DNA of 64,000 nt from the human T2T-CHM13v2.0 reference genome, Homo sapiens. Shown piece after piece: positions 56,601 through 64,000 of this stretch. The notes under the pieces were generated by a model. It searched no databases and was not told the DNA's origin. It saw only the letters and a program-made list of their open reading frames with translations. The DNA is taken from the NCBI RefSeq assembly GCF_009914755.1, contig NC_060926.1, one strand, 5' to 3'. Each line of letters opens with the position of its first letter. The stretch's first letter is position 1. The translations under genes and the position numbers were made by a program.

Positions 56601-57921
56601 AGAAGGTGGCCACGGAGATAAAACACATTACTCTCTCTGTATCCAAAAAACTGCTTTCAAGGACCTACCTGCCTAACATTAAGCTCTCAACTTTAATCAA
56701 TGCAAAAATAGTCTTTTGATGGTAACAGAGTCAATACAAGAAGTCTTGTGAAGGAAAAAACTACTTCTATAAAACCCTGTGATACAAAACAGGTATTAAA
56801 ACTATTGTAAATAGTCACATTCTAACTATGCATATCTGAATAAAAGATAAATTCCATTTTACTTTTGATTTTTTGGAAAAATTATAAGTTAAGGATAGAT
56901 CTACAGTTAAAAATATACAGTTTACTTAAAGCACTAAAGCTCATAGGATAAAAAAACTAGTAAAGGCATTCCTTCCTCATGGTAGCAATTTTTATACATG
57001 ACTTAATAGGTACTTGCAATTGCATGAGGAAAAAAATATGTGAAATTAAAATGACACTAGAGGATAAAGCCAGACTAATCTTAAAGCTGCTCATAAAAAT
57101 CCTAAGTGGCTTTTACAAGCAAAAGGTAATTCTTTCAAATCATTTCAAAGCTAAGAAATGTATTCAAATTACACATATAAAAAGTAATGTTACATTTTAT
57201 GAAAACATAATTCAACTAATGTATTGGTTATATGCTATTTCTCTGCAAGTCACTGTTTTAGTAAATATGCACAGACAAAAATCTCAATAATATTAACCCC
57301 CAGAAAACATCTACAAATGTTACCTAACTACCAATGTGGGAAAAGAATTTTAAGTCATGATATGCAATCCTATGAGTATTTTTTCAGCAATCAGCACGTA
57401 CTATCTTTATTTTTCCTCATGCTCTGCCCCAAAACAAAGTCTTTCTTTATGTACTCAATTTTAACATACTCATGTCTTAACCTTTCCTTGACTATACTAC
57501 ATACCTACAAACTAAAGATATTTATCCATACCTACTTCAATAAAAAGAGTCAATGAAATAAATGAATAGAATACCTATCTGCTTTTTCTCACTTTGCTCA
57601 ATCTTAACACAGAAGTAATGCTGATTAATCCTGAAATTTGTCTGTAATCATCACAAAATATTTAATCATTCATTTATATATCAGTTTGATTTTGTGTGTG
57701 CTCTATGCTCTTTTCAAGGTATGGTTATACAATAAAAAAATTATTTTCAAAATTTACATGTGAAAAATAATCTCACAAATCATGTGCTATTTGTAGACTG
57801 TATCAGTGTTGTTATCTTGGATTATGGACCATGGACATGGAGAAGTTAAGGACTGTCATTCTCTTTTTAAAGTGTCAACTGTACATATTTTGGCATTTAT
57901 TTTTAAGGTTTATAAAGCAAC

Positions 57922-58175
57922 TTTTTTTTTTTTTTCGAGACAGAGTCTTGCTCTGTCACCCAGGCTAGAGTGCAGTGGTGCGATCTCTGCCTCAGCCTCC
58001 TGAGTAGCTAGGACTACAGGCGCCCACCACCACGCCCAGCTAATTTTTGTACTTTTAGTAGAGACGGGATTTCACCATCTTGGCCAAAGCTGGTCTCGAA
58101 CTCCTGACCTCATGATCCACCCGCCTTGGCCTCCCAAAGTGCTGAGATTACAGGCATGAGCCACCGCACCCGGCT
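57922..58175 (-). mobile_element. AluS with right-arm internal deletion
   Basis: gcgatctc joined directly to tgcctcagcc. Confidence 0.9.
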
Positions 58176-58353
58176 AAAACCCTAACTTGCTAATCATTTC
58201 AAATACTGACTTCTTAAATTTGAAGATTATTATTCAGTATGGAAAAAAAATCACAGACTTAGGATATAAGCAATACTTTTTTGGCAGGAGGGGAGGATAC
58301 TTGAAAATAATAGAAAACTATATACTGGGAAACTGGTGACAATGTGATCTATC

Positions 58354-59015
58354 CAGTGTTGTGCAACAGAACTTTCTGCAATGATGGGAATGTTCAGTGT
58401 CTATGCTGTCCAATATATACCTGCTATGATTTGGATATGGTTTGTTTGTACCCACCAAATCTCATGTTGAAATTTTATCCCCAGTGTGATATTGCAGGAA
58501 AGTGGGACATAAGGTAGGGTGTTTGGGTCATGGGGGTGGATCCCTCATGAATGGCCTGGTGCTGTTCTGGTAGTAATGAGTGAGTTCTTGCTCAAAGACT
58601 TGATTGGTTCTCTAGGGAATGGATTAGTTCCTGTGAGAATGAGTTGTTATAAAGCCAAGACACCTTTGGGTTTGGTCCCTCTCACCCATGCCAGCTTTCC
58701 CTTTGACCTTCTCCACCATATTTTGATGCAGCCCTCACCAGAAGCTGAGCTGATGACAGCACCATGCCTCTTGTACAGCCTGCAGAACTGTTAGCTTAAT
58801 AAACCTCTTTTCTTTATAAACTACACAGCTTTAAGTATTCCTTTAGAGCAACACAAAATAGACTAAGACAGTAGCCTATAACCAAATGTGGTTACTGAGC
58901 ACTTGTAATATGGCTGGTGTTACTAAGGAACCAACTTGTAAATATTATTTAGTTTTAATTACTCAAATGTAAATAGCCACATGTGGCTTATGGCTACCAT
59001 ATCAGATGGTACTAC
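58354..59015. mobile_element. MER3 hAT-Charlie fossil split by an MST LTR
   Basis: agaactttctgcaatgatgg...gctgtccaatat [LTR] gtagcc...tagccacatgtggct. Confidence 0.85.
58422..58870 (+). mobile_element. MSTB-type MaLR solo LTR
   Basis: tgctatgatttggatatggtttg...aataaacctcttttctttataaa...gactaagaca. Confidence 0.92.
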
Positions 59016-60859
59016 TATGTATTTCAGAAACCATAGCTGGACTGAACTGTAAATGGTGTTCCTAAATATTTGAAAAATTATTTTCTCCATTTTTTATAAC
59101 TGGAAAAAGAAAACCTCAATTCTATTTGGTAGGATATGTACATTTCAATAAAACTGCTCCAAATTGGGAGGAGAGGAATTCTTATATCTTCAAATGTCTT
59201 TCAAGTTTATGTTTGGGGAAACAGGTTTATTTTACCATAGAATCTTTAACGTATAATAGAGCTTAGGAAACGAATCTTGGATTTTGGAGAACTGAGTTTT
59301 AAACCTCTTCAGATTGCATCATTATGGCTTGGTATTTAAAAGCTGCAATTTGCTTTACTTTGGTCAGCTGGGCAGAATTGCTTTACTTTGTTTTCTCATG
59401 TACTATTATGACTAAAACTAAATTTACATTTCCATAAATTACTAAGAGGTATCAATAATTACACCATCCTTTCTGGAAAAATTGGCATTCCATCAAAATG
59501 CATTACATTCTTCATTTGCATCACTTGTCTTTATTGTTCTGTGTGACTGAAACTTCTCTAAAAAAAGGTATAATTCCCATAGGTTGAATCACAAAATTTT
59601 CAGACAGCTAACAAAAGCCTTATTACATGAAGTTTAGCGAGACCTGAGATGACAACTTCATTGTTTTGCTTGTGATAAAAAACCATGGAAACAAAGCATA
59701 ACTGGCTATTAGACTTGGTAAATTTAAAAAACACACACACACATAAGCTGCCTGTTTTTCCACACTTTACCACTCTATTCTTTCAACACTGCTTAGCACT
59801 TCGCAACATCTTTACTCATTCCCTCTTAAGTTTCCATTTTAGAGCCATAAATGGGCTTCCAGTAGAGGAAGGAGGTAGTAGCACTGCCAACTGCTATTGA
59901 AACATTCTTGAGGTTAATGTATATACACAATATCCAAAAGTGAACCAATCACTTGGGTGAAGTAATACAATGAAGTTTCATTTGAGAAAAATTATGTGTT
60001 GTTTTAGTTATATATACTTTTATTTATCTAACTACAAGTTTTTAGGGAATTCAATTCAAATTGTAGCAACCCACAGTGAGCTTTGGGTTAAACCTTTAGG
60101 AATTAAGTTAAAGCACATTGCCTGATTATAGAAATTTTTAGTTTTTTATACCAAAATTAGAGTCCATTTTGGTCCTGTCCACAAATGCCAAATTGACAGA
60201 TAATTTGACCCTCGCAAGATTGCTTTTTTTAAAAAAATCACTCAAATAAGCCAGCAATCAAGACAAACATAAGGTAACAGTTTCATAAAGTTTTCAAGCA
60301 CCATAGCTAAAGAACAGACATGATGCTATTCCAACCCACACCTTCAAAAATCAATTTCAGACTATGGCTGTGAAGACTGGAAAAATAATCATGCAATCTA
60401 ATAATACAGCGGTCAAAGAAATATTTAGTTAGGTCAAATAACTAAAGTTATCATTACTAATAAATACAAAGTTTCAGAAAATTTGTATTTTACTGTTTTT
60501 ATTCAAAGAACATTGCTATGAATATTTAGAGAAATTAAATGATTACTGCTCTTGGTTTTTCCTAGAACATAGAATAATTTCATCACAAACAAAAAATTTG
60601 GTCTAATGTTTTCAACAGGGACTACATAATCCTGGTCCTTACTCAGAATTTTGGCATATATTCATTATGTACCTTAGGCAATCTATCAGTATTTCTTCAG
60701 TTTGCAATACCATAATTATCGACTTCACAAGGGATATTGTGAAGTTTAGTTAATTATGTTTATAACATTTTTTGAGGGTCACAGATGAAAGAGGAGTGTA
60801 AGGCATACATACAATTAATTTATAGTACTTGGTGAAAAAATGCCACTTAAAAATATTTA

Positions 60860-61188
60860 ACAGCAACAACATGGATGAACCTTAAAGACATTATATGTTA
60901 AGTAAAATAAGCCAGTCACAAAAGGACAAATACAATATGATTCTACACATATGTGGTACCCAGAATAGTCAAATTCATAGAGACAGAAAGTAAAATGATA
61001 ATTGCCAGGGACTAGGGGAAGGAGGAGTGGAAGTTCTTATTTAATGGGTACAGAGTTTCGGATTTGGAAGATGAAAAAAAGTAATGGTTGTACAACAATA
61101 TGAATGAATATACTTAATGCCACTGAATACACTTTAAAATGGCTAAAATGGTAAATTTAATGTTATATATATTTTACCACAATAAAAT
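60860..61188 (+). mobile_element. L1MB-type 3' end
   Basis: acatggatgaacctt...agccagtcacaaaaggacaaatac...ttttaccacaataaaa. Confidence 0.88.
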
Positions 61189-61264
61189 CACAAGTGTGAA
61201 AATCAGAATATGAATCACAAGCCAATTTTAACATTCTCTGATTCACTCATTAAGACATGAATCG

Positions 61265-62810
<1,546 letters not shown>

Positions 62811-62846
62811 AATCAGTGATTACTAAGCATCTAATAAATGCTTAAG

Positions 62847-63165
<319 letters not shown>

Positions 63166-63351
63166 AAGCTTGTATCTGTCCTTGCTGCTGGAAATACAAA
63201 GGTAATAAATATAAGACATGAAACTAATGGAAGGATTATATGGAAACTATACTGAAAATCATGAAGGGAAATACAACAAATAGACAATTAGAAAATCATT
63301 TAGAAACAATACTATTTGGTAATAGGCTGCCATGTTAAAAATATTACATAA

Positions 63352-63656
<305 letters not shown>

Positions 63657-64000
63657 AATGTTGACATATCTTATGATGTGACAGCAATGTCCTTCTAAGC
63701 TATATACATGCAGTTGCATAGTGTAAAAACGTCATGTACAGCCTTTGATTTGATTAATCACAGTTAGATTTAGACTGAATCAACCTTAGACAAAAAGCAA
63801 AGCCAGCAATTTAAGAAAACATCTCCACTGCGCTTCCCCTTCTCCCTTTGCAGTATTGACCCATTTCTGTTTTTGAATTTTCAGTATCCCTGAATTCTAT
63901 AATTCACCACCTTACAACAGGAGGCCATTCACATATCAATCATTTACATAAATTTTCATCATCTCCAGAGTTCCCTTCCCTTTGCTTATTTAACTATTTG

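Overview
Primate, almost certainly human, AT-rich intronic DNA; a human-specific AluYb8 is present. The window holds no protein-coding exon. The ORF-track ORFs are Alu, L1, LTR or low-complexity translations, or chance. It contains about 35 Alu/FLAM/FAM copies, L1, L2 and MIR fragments, DNA-transposon fossils, MaLR solo LTRs and a Y3 RNA retrocopy. Two well-formed non-coding exons lie on the minus strand (43 nt at 53173-53215; 89 nt at 9607-9695), plus a motif-dense candidate internal promoter/enhancer at about 13.4-13.95 kb. From memory only (not verified), the 43-nt exon and the long flanking introns fit 5'UTR exon 2 of BAZ2B. I found no convincing new biological system. The best leads are uORF-bearing 5'UTR cassette exons, a candidate 9-nt microexon, a very young AluYb8, an inverted L1 ORF1 fossil and a trimeric Alu. 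Old-repeat boundaries and subfamily labels are by eye and approximate.
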